From the NCBI GenBank assembly GCA_002269645.1, contig NIVC01000150.1:434001-498000 (forward strand): DNA of 64,000 nt, read 5' to 3'. The stretch is from Macrostomum lignano (lineage: Eukaryota). The position numbers and the translations under genes are program-made. The stretch's first letter is position 1. Each line of letters opens with the position of its first letter. Below, in pieces: positions 25,195 to 53,850 of this stretch. The notes beneath the pieces were generated by a model. The model made no database searches, was not told the DNA's origin, and worked only from the letters and a program-made list of their open reading frames with translations.

Positions 25195-27950
25195 AGCTCG
25201 AAAGTTCAGGAACTCGAACTTCAGGAACTCGAAACTTCAGGAACTCGAACTTCAGGAACTCGAAGCTTCAGGAACTCGAAACTTCAGGAACTCGAAACTT
25301 CAGGAACTCGAAACTTCAGGAACTCGAAGCTTAAGGAACCGAAACTTCAGGAACTCGAAACTTCAGGAACTCAAACTTCAGTAACTCGAAACTTCAGGAA
25401 CTCGAAGCTTAAGGAACCGAAACTTCAGGAACTCGAAACTTCAGGAACTCGAAACTTCAGGAACTCAAACTTCAGGAACTCGAAACTTCAGGAACTCGAA
25501 ACTTCAGTAACTCGAAACTTCAGGAACTCGAAGCTTAAGGAACCGAAACTTCAGGAACTCAAACTTCAGGAACTCGAAACTTCAGGAACTCGAAACTTCA
25601 GTAACTCGAAACTTCAGGAACTCGAAGCTTAAGGAACCGAAACTTCAGGAACTCGAAACTTCAGGAGCTCGAAACTTCAGGAGCTCGAAACTTCAGGAAC
25701 TCGAAACTTTAGGAACTCAAACTTCAGGAACTCGAAACTTCAGGAACTCGAAACTTCAGTAACTCGAAACTTCAGGAACTCGAAGCTTAAGGAACCGAAA
25801 CTTCAGGAACTCGAAACTTCAGGAGCTCGAAACTTCAGGAACTCGAAACTTCAGGAACTCGAAACTTCAGGAACTCGAAGCTTAAGGAACCGAAACTTCA
25901 GGAACTCAAAACTTCAGGAACTCAAACTTCAGTAACTCGAAACTTCAGGAACTCGAAGCTTAAGGAACCGAAACTTCAGGAACTCGAAACTTCAGGAACT
26001 CAAACTTCAGGAACTCGAAACTTCAGGAACTCGAAACTTCAGTAACTCGAAACTTCAGGAACTCGAAGCTTAAGGAACCGAAACTTCAGGAACTCGAAAC
26101 TTCAGGAGCTCGAAACTTCAGGAACTCGAAACTTCAGGAACTCAAACTTCAGGAACTCGAAACTTCAGGAACTCGAAACTTCAGTAACTGGAAACTTCAG
26201 GAACTCGAAACTTCAGGAGCTCGAAACTTCAGGAACTCGAAACTTCAGGAACTCGAAACTTCAGGAACTCGAAACTTCAGGAACTCGAAACTTCAGGAAC
26301 TCGAAACTTCAGTAACTCGAAACTTCAGGAACTCGAAGCTTAAGGAACCGAAACTTCAGGAACTCGAAACTTCAGGAGCTCGAAACTTCAGGAACTCGAA
26401 ACTTCAGGAACTCGAAACTTCAGGAACTCGAAACTTCAGGAACTCGAAACTTCAGGAACTCGAAGCTTAAGGAACCGAAACTTCAGGAACTCAAAACTTC
26501 AGGAACTCAAACTTCAGTAACTCGAAACTTCAGGAACTCGAAGCTTAAGGAACCGAAACTTCAGGAACTCGAAACTTCAGGAACTCAAACTTCAGGAACT
26601 CGAAACTTCAGGAACTCGAAACTTCAGTAACTCGAAACTTCAGGAACTCGAAGCTTAAGGAACCGAAACTTCAGGAACTCGAAACTTCAGGAGCTCGAAA
26701 CTTCAGGAACTCGAAACTTCAGGAGCTCGAAACTTCAGGAACTCGAAACTTCAGGAGCTCGAAACTTCAGGAACTCGAAACTTCAGTAACTCGAAACTTC
26801 AGGAACTCAAACTTCAGTAACTCGAAACTTCAGGAACTCGAAACTTCAGGAACTCGAAACTTCAGGAACTCGAAACTTCAGTAACTCGAAACTTCAGGAA
26901 CTCGAAGCTTAAGGAACCGAAACTTCAGGAACTCGAAACTTCAGGAGCTCGAAACTTCAGGAACTCGAAACTTCAGGAACTCAAACTTCAGGAACTCGAA
27001 ACTTCAGGAACTCGAAACTTCAGTAACTGGAAACTTCAGGAACTCGAAACTTCAGGAGCTCGAAACTTCAGGAACTCGAAACTTCAGGAACTCGAAACTT
27101 CAGGAACTCAAACTTCAGGAACTCGAAACTTCAGGAACTCGAAACTTCAGTAACTCGATACTTCAGGAACTCGAAACTTCAGTAACTCGAAACTTCAGGA
27201 ACTCGAAGCTTAAGGAACCGAAACTTCAGGAACTCGAAACTTCAGGAGCTCGAAACTTCAGGAACTCGAAACTTCAGGAACTCGAAGCTTAAGGAACCGA
27301 AACTTCAGGAACTCAAACTTCAGTAACTCGAAACTTCAGGAACTCGAAGCTTAAGGAACCGAAACTTCAGGAACTCGAAACTTCAGGAACTCAAACTTCA
27401 GGAACTCGAAACTTCAGGAACTCGAAACTTCAGTAACTCGAAACTTCAGGAACTCGAAGCTTAAGGAACCGAAACTTCAGGAACTCGAAACTTCAGGAGC
27501 TCGAAACTTCAGGAGCTCGAAACTTCAGGAACTCGAAACTTCAGGAACTCAAACTTCAGGAACTCGAAACTTCAGGAACTCGAAACTTCAGGAACTCGAA
27601 ACTTCAGGAGCTCGAAACTTCAGGAACTCGAAACTTCAGGAGCTCGAAACTTCAGGAACTCGAAACTTCAGGAGCTCGAAACTTCAGGAACTCGAAACTT
27701 CAGGAGCTCGAAACTTCAGGAACTCGAAACTTCAGGAACTCGAAACTTCAGGAACCGAAACTTCAGGAACTCGAAACTTCAGGAACTCAAACTTCAGGAA
27801 CTCGAAACTTCAGGAACTCGAAACTTCAGTAACTCGAAACTTCAGGAACTCGAAACTTCAGGAACTCGAAACTTCAGGAACTCGATACTTCAGGAGCTCG
27901 AAACTTCAGGAACCGAAACTTCAGGAACTCGAAACTTCACGTACTCGAAA
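25195..27950. repeat. 16-bp satellite, ~2.75 kb
   Basis: About 170 copies of AACTCGAAACTTCAGG with interspersed variants (AAGCTTAAGGAACC, CAGTAAC, GAGCTC, 15-bp deletion unit). Confidence 0.98.
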
Positions 27951-28781
27951 AAAAGTTAGACACTTCACAAACTCGAAACTTCAACGGTTTATTGAGCAAA
28001 TGAAGCTGAACAGGCAATAATTTTAATCAAAGTCAGTGCCTGTGGAGAAACCGGAAAAAACAGGTCAAGCTTTTTTGCAGAGTTGAATTTTTACGATGTT
28101 TTCAACTTGCTAATAATGGAATTGATGACCAAACTCGAATGCTATGCAGCCAGTAATTCGATGCCTGCTTAATCCGGATCAATCAAGAAATGCACAGGAA
28201 GTAAGGAAATCCTGCATAGCAACTACGGGCGGATAAACTGGCTGATTGATAATTGATTCCTAGATGCCCGGAATTATCCATGTTGCCATGCAGTGAGGAT
28301 TATTGGCAAGGAAGCGGAAGGACTGATTCAGGTGATGAGGCTAATGAGGCCGCACTTGAGAGTCTTCCTCAGCTTAGGAGAAATCCTGAGAACCCTCCCG
28401 TCTCCTTTTCTTTCAGCTTCACCTGATGGCGGAACTGTTGAAAGCAGGTCTCAGCAAGGGGGGGGGAGTTGAGCTCAGAGTTTCTCTTAATAAAATCTAT
28501 CGAGCCGCAAAATGATTCCGGAAAACAGAGTTGCGAAGCATATCAGCTTGACTGGTCCTTGTCTCAGATTGCGATAATTAACATTCTCGTCTAGTTGGTT
28601 TATGATGCTAAACTGCATCGACAACAAGATGGAGGAGCAAAGCGATTTACGAGCGATTTGTTGACAGTAATGAATCTGCACTTTTGATGGTTTGGTAATC
28701 ACTTCCCAGCCGGCCTATTTGGTTAAGGGTATTAAATAATTGTAATAACCTCAAGTCATGGGTTTATAACAGAATAAATAA

Positions 28782-29330
<549 letters not shown>

Positions 29331-29779
29331 GGAAAGTGGAACAGTCGCGTTAACCAATGAATCTAGGTTAAAATGGAAAACATAACACGTGACACAAGTC
29401 CGCCATTAATTACCAGTTAAACAAAGGCATGAAGAAACAAGCAAAGGTGATTCAGAATTTATATTTTAGCAATGAAGGCTCTCACCACCTGCCGGTTGCA
29501 TAACTAGCATTGACGAAACAAACAAACAAAACTCAGAATAAAAACAAGGCGTACAAATCAAGCAAATAGAGAATACAGGTGGATAGAATGGCGGGATCGA
29601 GGCATTGGCCAGAGGCGGGAGGATCAGGTCAGGAACTACGCACGCTTATGGTCAGCACGACATAGAAATCGTTGGAAACAGAAATCGTGTTAGATTTTTA
29701 AAATCGACAAGGAGAGATGGGGAACAAAAAAACACCAACAATAAACAGGCCTATCCTGACTAGGTAATAAAAGCTTCTG

Positions 29780-30240
29780 TTTACCTTAGATACGGCTATA
29801 CGACCCATAGCAACTGATTGATTGCCTTGGATACCATCTTGAAAACCATAGCAACGATTGTTTCCCTTAGATACGGCTATACGGCCCATAGCAACGAATT
29901 ATCTACCTTGGAAACCGCCATTCAAGCCATAGCATCGGATTGTTTAGGTTGGATACGGCCATTCGAGCCAAGGCAACAGATTGTTTCCCTTGGATACGGC
30001 CTTTCGAGCCAAAGCAACTGATTGTTTCTGTTTGATAAGGCCATAGTAACGGATTTTTTACCTTAGATACGGCTATACGGTCCATAGCAACGAATTGTCT
30101 ATCATTGATCGATACCGCCATTCAAGCCATAGCAACGGGTTGTTTGCGTTGGATACGGCCTTTATAGCCATAGCAACGGCTTGTTTATCTCGGATACGGC
30201 TAAACGGCCCATAGCAACGGTTTGTTTACCTTGGATACGG
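29780..30240. repeat. Degenerate ~40-bp repeat with RFX half-site-like motifs
   Basis: About 11 diverged units of CCATAGCAAC-N5-GTTTACCTTGGATAC-GGCTATACGG. Confidence 0.8.
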
Positions 30241-30427
30241 GTCATTTTTCCTAACAAAACCAACCTCAACACAAAAAACGCACTAGCAGTTCAATAAGAA
30301 GCAACAAAAACCACAATACACATAAAATGAACAGAACATAGGTATACATACTGCCAGCATATAAATATAAGCAAATACATCCAATGGAATCTGGGTGGTC
30401 AGACACTGTAAGCCGCTGCTCAGAACC

Positions 30428-46563
<16,136 letters not shown>

Positions 46564-46832
46564 GCAAATAATATGGAATCTTGAATTAAAATAAAATGCG
46601 CTTTCAAGCTACTGATAGTAGAAATATTTGAATTTTTACAAAACACTACAGACATTACAAGTTAAATTAACAGATACACTATAGCAGAGCTATTCTCTAG
46701 AATTTTTTACTAATTCGATGCAGCTCGAAGAGGCTGGATATCCATCCACTGAACCTGACATAGCTATGATTTAATTATCATGAAAAAATTAACAAAGTTT
46801 ACCAGAGTTTGTAACAACTACAAACGGCGTAT

Positions 46833-46846
<14 letters not shown>

Positions 46847-46872
<26 letters not shown>
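46847..46872. repeat. (TA)n microsatellite
   Basis: Direct reading. Confidence 0.9.
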
Positions 46873-46875
<3 letters not shown>

Positions 46876-47271
46876 ATAGTATATTCACAAAAAATTTAGA
46901 TCAAAGCTGTGCTGATTACTCTGACTAGGCCACAATGAGACAGATTATTAAATTATTTAATCAAGAAGTACGCACAATTAATAACAAACAGCTGTGACTG
47001 GGCCTGGACGAGACATATAATACTACTATGCAAGCGTTTTTTATTAATTTCAAAATTTCCATGATTCTTTGAACAGCGAGATTTTATTCTTTTTTTATTC
47101 AGAATTGCACAATAAAGTTTAACGATGGCCTACACAGAAGCGGGACTGCGGATAGCTAATAAACAACTTGCGCCGATGGCGTTCACTAACCGCTAAACGC
47201 GAGTCACACACAAGAGAAGCAATTAAAAGCTGTGCTTGAGTAGGTGCTCCAAGACAGAGTAAAGTGACACA

Positions 47272-47586
<315 letters not shown>

Positions 47587-48033
47587 GGTAGATTAGCTCA
47601 GTGGCTGTGCACTAGTGAATTCCAGTTCATAAGGACGTTTGCAATCTACCGACATGTAAAGTAACAAATATTTCACAGTGCACATCATCAGCTCAATAAC
47701 TTATTTCAGAGCACGACATGAAAATATCAAAAAACAGGCCAGTAACAAAACTGGAGTTCAATAAAAATGCGCTCAAAAATTATATAAATAGAATTGAAAA
47801 CACGATTATAAATTAAAGGTTTGTAACTGTCCGCATATAAACAGAGCATTCAGAAAAAACACGTTGGACATGCAACAACAACAGAACTGAAAATACAATT
47901 TTTTTATTTCGTCTTTTAACCCGAAATTTTCGGCGAACACGATAGCAAGCAAAAGAAACAGACAAGCCGTCTACAACATTAATAAACGGGTATTACAGTA
48001 TTGCTTTCAGTCTTCAGACTAAATAGCCGCGGT

Positions 48034-50393
48034 CTATCTGGTGTAAAAGACTCGATAGTAGAGCCACTTGGAGCGCCACAGCGAGTAAGAGTTGTCGAAC
48101 TTCAACAGGTACACACCTCTGCCAGGGTACTGGTGGCTGCCGCAGTAGACCTCCTCGTGGCAGTCGCGCCTGTACACTGGTATGATCTCGTCGATTGATT
48201 TATCGTCGTCGCGGCGGCGTCGAGAACCACGCTCGGGATCGTCGGGGCGCTCCACGTCTGACGGCGGAGTGAGGTGGTTGGCGGAGTGGGGTGGGTAGCG
48301 GAGTGAGGTGGTTGGCTGAGTGGGGTTGGGTAGCGGAGTGAGGTGGTTGGCGGAGTGGGGTGGGTAGCGGAGTGAGGTGGTTGGCGGAGTGGGGTGGGTA
48401 GCGGAGTGAGTTGGTTGGCGGAGTGGGGTGGGTAGCGGAGTGAGGTGGTTGGCGGAGTGGGGTGGGTAGCGGAGTGAGGTGGTTGGCGGAGTGAGGTGGT
48501 TGGCGGAGTGGGGTGGGTAGCGGAGTGAAGTGGTTGGCAGAGTGGGGTGGGTAGCGGAGTGAGTTGGTTGGCGGAGTGGGGTGGGTAGCGGAGTGAGGTG
48601 GTTGGCGGAGTGGGGTGGGTAGCGGAGTGAGGTGGTTGGTAGTCAGGCGGTGGCGGTGGCTGGGTGGCGGATTGAGGTGGGTGTCAGAATGCGTTAGCAC
48701 CCTATAACATAGTAGTTCTCTTTACACTAAAATAAAGTTCCGCAATGCTCAAAAAGCTGCTCACCACCCTCGCCGCGCGGGGCTTCTCCATCTTCTCCTT
48801 CATCATCGTCCTCTTCGTCGGAGCTTTCGCTAATTTGCACTGTCACCTTGTCCGATGGTGTGATAGTCCATTCGAAATAGACGCCAAATCCCAAATCGTA
48901 ATGATCAGTGGCAAATTCCCAAACAATGCACGTGCCCTCTTCGTGGGTTGGAACCCGGACCTACGAGCAAAATTAGTGCACGCTTGAATTTAGAAAAAAA
49001 TCGAATTACAGTACAGATGAACATTGAAAGATTTGGCACCTACAGTGGCAGTAGCCAGAGACCCGATCTTAATGCAGCAGTGCTTGCTGTCGCGCAGAAT
49101 CTCTTTCTTAAATTCGGCAATGTTCTGGCGAGTCCAAATACTGGCGGGAATCAGCTGCGGCATCTCGGGCAGGGGCTCTGAAGTTTAGAGATTGGGGACT
49201 CACAGTTTTGACGAGAATTAGGAAGGTGGGTGCTTGGCGGAGGTGGGTGGCGGAGTAGGTGGATTTGCAGAGTGAGGTGCTGGGCGGAGTGAGGTGGGTG
49301 CTTGGTGGAGGAAGGCGGGTGCTTATTGGAGTGAGGTGGGTGCTTGGCGGAGGGAGGTGGATATTTGGTATAGTGAGGTGGGTGCTTAGTGGAGTGAGGT
49401 GGGTGCTTGGCGGAGTGAGGTGGGTGCTTCGCAGAGTTAGGTGTAAGCGTGGTGGACGGAGGCGGGTGGTCACCAAGCCACTGCTCACCGTCGATGCCCT
49501 CCAGGGCGGGATCGCCGCTCGGCGAAATCGGCAGAACCGCAGTTCCAGAATCGGCACTGGCCGGAGGCGCTTCATCATCTCCGGCGGCGTCGGTTTCGGC
49601 TCCACCGTCGAGCGATTCAACGGCAACATTAGCAGCCTCTTGGTTGCTAGGGCTAGACGAATTCGGTTGCCGGCGCTGCATAAGTAGCTGCCTGGCCTGC
49701 TCCCTCTGATGATGCAACTGCTGCTCATAGGACATGCTAATGTACTGCTGATAGTGCTGCTCCTGCAGCTGGCTAATGAGCTCCTGCTGCTTAGCTGCAT
49801 TGTTGGGATGCTGCTCGGCTGCGTACTGACGGAACTGGATAGCCGTCTGCTGGTTCAACGCCTCGCGAGTCTGCAATCTGAAAGTTTTAGGTTGGAAAAA
49901 ATCGGAATAGTTTAGGCGGAATAGAATCAAATTCTTGACAGGCCACTGTCAGATTAACACAAGCATTTCTGCATTTTAGAGTAAGACTCAAATTTCAGTC
50001 ATTTGGACCAAAAGAAAAGCTCGACAGGTTGCTTTCACAAGCTCGAAGCTCGAAACTTCACAAGGTCTAAACCGTTTATGCTGCGAGCTACAAGCTGGCG
50101 ACAATGACAAACAGGACTTCTCACCCACTGAACTGAAAGTTGACAAACAGTTTTTACCAAACAATACGCCTAAGAAGTGGCCTGTCTAGTTACTACTATA
50201 AGCGTATGTGGGGCAGACTAAGACACCATGGTCAAATCCATATTATACTGAGTACTAACTCTTGCTCCTGGCTGAGGTGTTGCTGCTTTTGCTGCGGCAG
50301 CTGCTGCTCAGCAGATTGCTGCTCCGGCTCTTGCTGCTCCTGCTCTTGCTGCTCCTGTTGCACCGACTGCTGCTGCTGCTGCTGCTCAGACAT
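48034..50393 (-). CDS. ACBD3: ACBD3/GCP60-family Golgi protein (Q-rich domain + GOLD), ~358 aa, no ACB domain found
   Basis: complement join(50393-50260,49877-49489,49177-49044,48960-48765,48257-48034). In-phase GT-AG introns. [69 protein letters not shown] and [42 protein letters not shown] match ACBD3. The start codon is inferred; the frame stays open upstream to an acceptor at 50475. Confidence 0.88.
48262..48680. repeat. 34-bp (2x17) G-rich minisatellite, ACBD3-like last intron
   Basis: GGCGGAGTGGGGTGGGTAGCGGAGTGAGGTGGTT. Confidence 0.94.
49225..49432. repeat. ~21-bp minisatellite, ACBD3-like intron 2
   Basis: GGAGTGAGGTGGGTGCTTGGC; shares the GGCGGAGTGAGGTGG core with the 48262 array. 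Confidence 0.88.
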
Positions 50394-50964
50394 TTGCGCT
50401 GCTATTGGCAAGATTTTCTGCTTGGATTTTTTGTTTGCTTTGCTGCCTTCTAGTCTTCTGCCTTGGAAAGAAGTGCTGGAATGAGTAATATGAGGTTTTA
50501 TTAATTCGAAATGAGTTAAAAAGGCCCGTTATTCTGTTCAATTAATCTTCAAAGCGTGTCCCCCCACCTGTCTCCATGCAAACAAGCAAAGTAGCAAAGA
50601 AACAGCTAATTTAACAAGAAACTGATAAAAAGCAAAAAACAATTGCTGGGTGGGGCCTCTAATAAAGCTGAAGCCTTCATCCCAAAAAACAGGAAATTCC
50701 CCTTTGGGACTTTTATATAGCTTACCTTCTTTGCAATATCCGAGCTCTCTCCCTATGACTGCAATTGAAGCTGGGAATAACAAAATGACTCGAAAACACA
50801 AAAGAGAAGGCTAGTGTGATAAACAGGCTAGGCCAGAGGGGTGGAGCTGGAGAGTAAGTCGCGGGGTGAAAAATGCAAAACTAAAACGAGCAAGGGAAGA
50901 AGAAGCCTAGCTACCGCGCTTCTGTCTGCCTTATCGACATCTTTTGCACTCGATTTTTGTTCGC

Positions 50965-51015
50965 AATCAGGCGCGCATGCAGTGAGAACACGCCCGCCAC
51001 TGCCAGCCAATCCCC
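50965..51015 (-). promoter_or_regulatory. Candidate promoter of the ACBD3-like gene
   Basis: Cluster of GCGCGCATGCA (NRF1-like), CACGCCCGCC (GC box) and GCCAATC (CCAAT) in a CpG-containing patch ~600 nt upstream of the inferred ATG. Confidence 0.4.
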
Positions 51016-51544
51016 AACACACCCAGGGACTCGTACTTCCCTCTCCCACCTCATCCCTCTCTTTACTCACTCCAGCCTCCACAGGGCAGGTCCCCTTCCC
51101 GTAGCATCTGACAACCCCTGTCCATTCGAGCTCTAGTTAAAGGCAGACCTTAATCAAACTCCTGCCCCCTGCTTAAAATCTGAGTCTTCTGAGAGCATTA
51201 GGGCTAGTCAAGAAAGACGGAGGATTATATCTCTCGCCCAACAGTCAGTCACTGTACTTCCTAGATGGTCTCTGTCTTAGCCTTGGTCACTGCATGCCTG
51301 TTCTAATTTGAGCAGCTGCTTTAATGTGCCTCACCATCTCTTATTTTTACTATGTAAAACCTGCTTAAAAATAACAACTGATTCTTCTAATGAAAATTGA
51401 TGAGACAAACCAGTATTTGCTTAATATACTACTTATAAGTAAAGCTACTGACTTGAGAAAATTAAATTAAAATTAAAAATAAATTAAAAAAATATTTAGC
51501 ATAAAAAATTAGACTAAATTTAATTGAAACATGGTGCTATTTGC

Positions 51545-52005
51545 GGTCACTGGTCAGATTGTCATATTCCATTTCATCATATTGGATGACGAAGTGACCA
51601 GAAGCAAAGTAGCTTGAAAAAAATATGACGAAGTGACCAAATATTTAGTTATGCTGGATACTTCGTCATCAACCAATCAATCTGTGCATGCATGATTTGA
51701 GTTAGTGTAAAATAATTTTTTGTTTAATAGGCCCCCTAACTATAAGCTGCGGCAAGCAATACCGATTGATCAACAGGTTTTATCAATCGAGATGACAAAA
51801 TGACTGGGATTATTAGGATTCCAAGTAAATATATTTAATTGCCACAATAATTCACTTGAAGTTGGAACTAATATGATTGGTGGATGACGAAATGACTCTT
51901 CAGGTAGTGCATGTTAATTAAGATGACGAAGTGACCATAGTCGAGGTGAGCACCCCAGACACCCAGATGACAAAATGGCAGATGACGAAATGACTAGGAA
52001 CCCTT
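51545..52005. mobile_element. Decayed non-autonomous DNA-element-like segment with dispersed GATGACGAAGTGACC motifs
   Basis: At least 7 direct or inverted copies of GATGACGAA(G/A)TGAC at irregular spacing, ending in GACTAGGAACCC. Related mutated copies at about 54465-54555. Confidence 0.45.
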
Positions 52006-53279
52006 TTTGCAAATACTCTGTATTGAAGTGTTGCAATAGTGAGCCATGTAATTGACTTTAGCAACTTAAAGCCAACTTTTTTAGTTTTCTAAAGTTTGAA
52101 CATTGTTGTCTAGAAAAAAAATTTTTTGGACTACCATACACTGTAAATTGTATGTGACCAAAAAAGCTGCTGAACATCATTAGGCCAAAAGTGGCTGAAT
52201 GCAAATACAGTTAAACAGTATCCAAACTGAGCAGAAATGAACATAAATTGTACATTTTAGTGATTTTACATAACCCCAAGCAAAAATCTATACATATGAA
52301 GTTTAAAAGCCAACAACATTGATTTAATATATAAAGGTATGAATTTCTTGTAAAATCAATTTAAATAGTTGCTTTAAAAATTACAAAAGACAAAAAAGAT
52401 AAACTTAGTAAATAGACTTTTTATCAAAATTGAAATATTTCATATAGGTATATATATTAATTATTAATAACACTGTTTTGTTAAGCATTGTAAGTTTATT
52501 GTTCTAAAAACTTTTGTTACTTTTATTGCAGTTTTAAAAAAGTTGTTTTGTCCTGCTCACATTGTAATATGAGTTTCATTTTTATTTTATTTTTTTATAT
52601 AAAGTGAGAGTGCTATAACTATCAGACTATCACTAGATACATTAACTTGAGACTTATTGTCCCTTCAATTTTTATCCTTGTCAGATTTTCTTAATACTGC
52701 TATGCTACTTTATTTGCTGTTAATTGTTAATTGTTTATTACATTGTTCATTCATTGTACATATTATATAACTATATGTATATATGTATATATTGTACATA
52801 AAATACCCCAAAGGCCTACAACATTGTCCCATTTTAGCATCAGTATCAGATGGTTGTTGGACTAGAGTGCAACTGTTGGGAATCTGTATGAAGATGGAGT
52901 CATCTATTCAAGCCTTTTTAATGTATGCCATATCATTTTGACACTCAATTTAAAACATGACCATTGCATGGAAAATTCTCTAGAAATACTAGAGATTAGT
53001 CTGGGTTTGCAGAACCTGAGACGTGCCACCAATCCAACTGTATGAAGTGTTATCTGCATTATTCTAGAATCAATCTAATGAAAGACAAATAACTATACAT
53101 TTTATCTTTATTACTTTATGCTTCCCTTGTAGGGCTTTATTAATAAAAAATCAATAAATTGTCAATAGAAACTCAATTTGACAGCATTCAGCAAACATTT
53201 TAATTATTAAATCATAGCTTTTAACTTGATTGATTATGCTATGCTCAATACTTCTTCTATAATCTATATAATATAGTGA

Positions 53280-53850
53280 GCTAGGCTTTTTGCAGCAAAT
53301 CATTATTGCTAATGAAATGACTTTACTATGTGACTCTAGAAACCAAGAACTAGTCCAAGCAGTAAGTGCCAATGGGTGCCAATGCCCCCCCCCAACAAAG
53401 GCCTAGGTATCCAGCAGTGCCAAGAAAATAATGGCCATTGTTTTTTTTACTTGCAGGGTCTTGTCTACACACAAGATCTATATAGAGCAAGGCTATATAG
53501 TCAACAATGAGTACTACTACATTACATTTGATACTCTTAAGGACTACATTCTATGTAAACAACCTTACCTAGCTCAGAATGGCTGGTTCTTACACCATGA
53601 TAATGCCTATCTACACATGATTCAAGTAGTGCTACATCTACCTTAATCCCCTAATTTGTCCCTGTGGACTTTTAGCTATTTCTGCAAATAAAAAACTATA
53701 TTGCTGTTTGCTATTTTGATACTTTGTAGGAGTCAAGAATGCATAGGAGAGGGTTACCAACCTTGCATAATATATATGGTGGGATGTAAAAAGACTTAAT
53801 ATTGGCTTAAAACTTTAGTGACAGAGTGAAATGACCTAATATGGCATGAT
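53280..53850 (+). mobile_element. Decayed mariner (Tc1/mariner) transposase fragment
   Basis: Broken frames read FLQQIIIANEM (~FLxRIITGDETW), ETK..SKQ, KKIMAIVFF (~KVMATVFW), IVNNEYY, GWFLHHDNA (~WxLHHDNA) and SPNLSPVDF (~YSPDLAPxDF) in the correct order, with stops and frameshifts. Confidence 0.85.

Noticed and set aside
25195-27950. CRISPR-like appearance of the 16-bp and other regular arrays
   Set aside because: Units are contiguous with no unique spacers, there are no cas genes, and the context is eukaryotic.
50718-50765. 33-nt candidate micro-exon (HRERARILQR) upstream of the ACBD3-like CDS
   Set aside because: It has plausible splice sites and compatible phase but no convincing similarity to ACBD3, so it is not included in the model.
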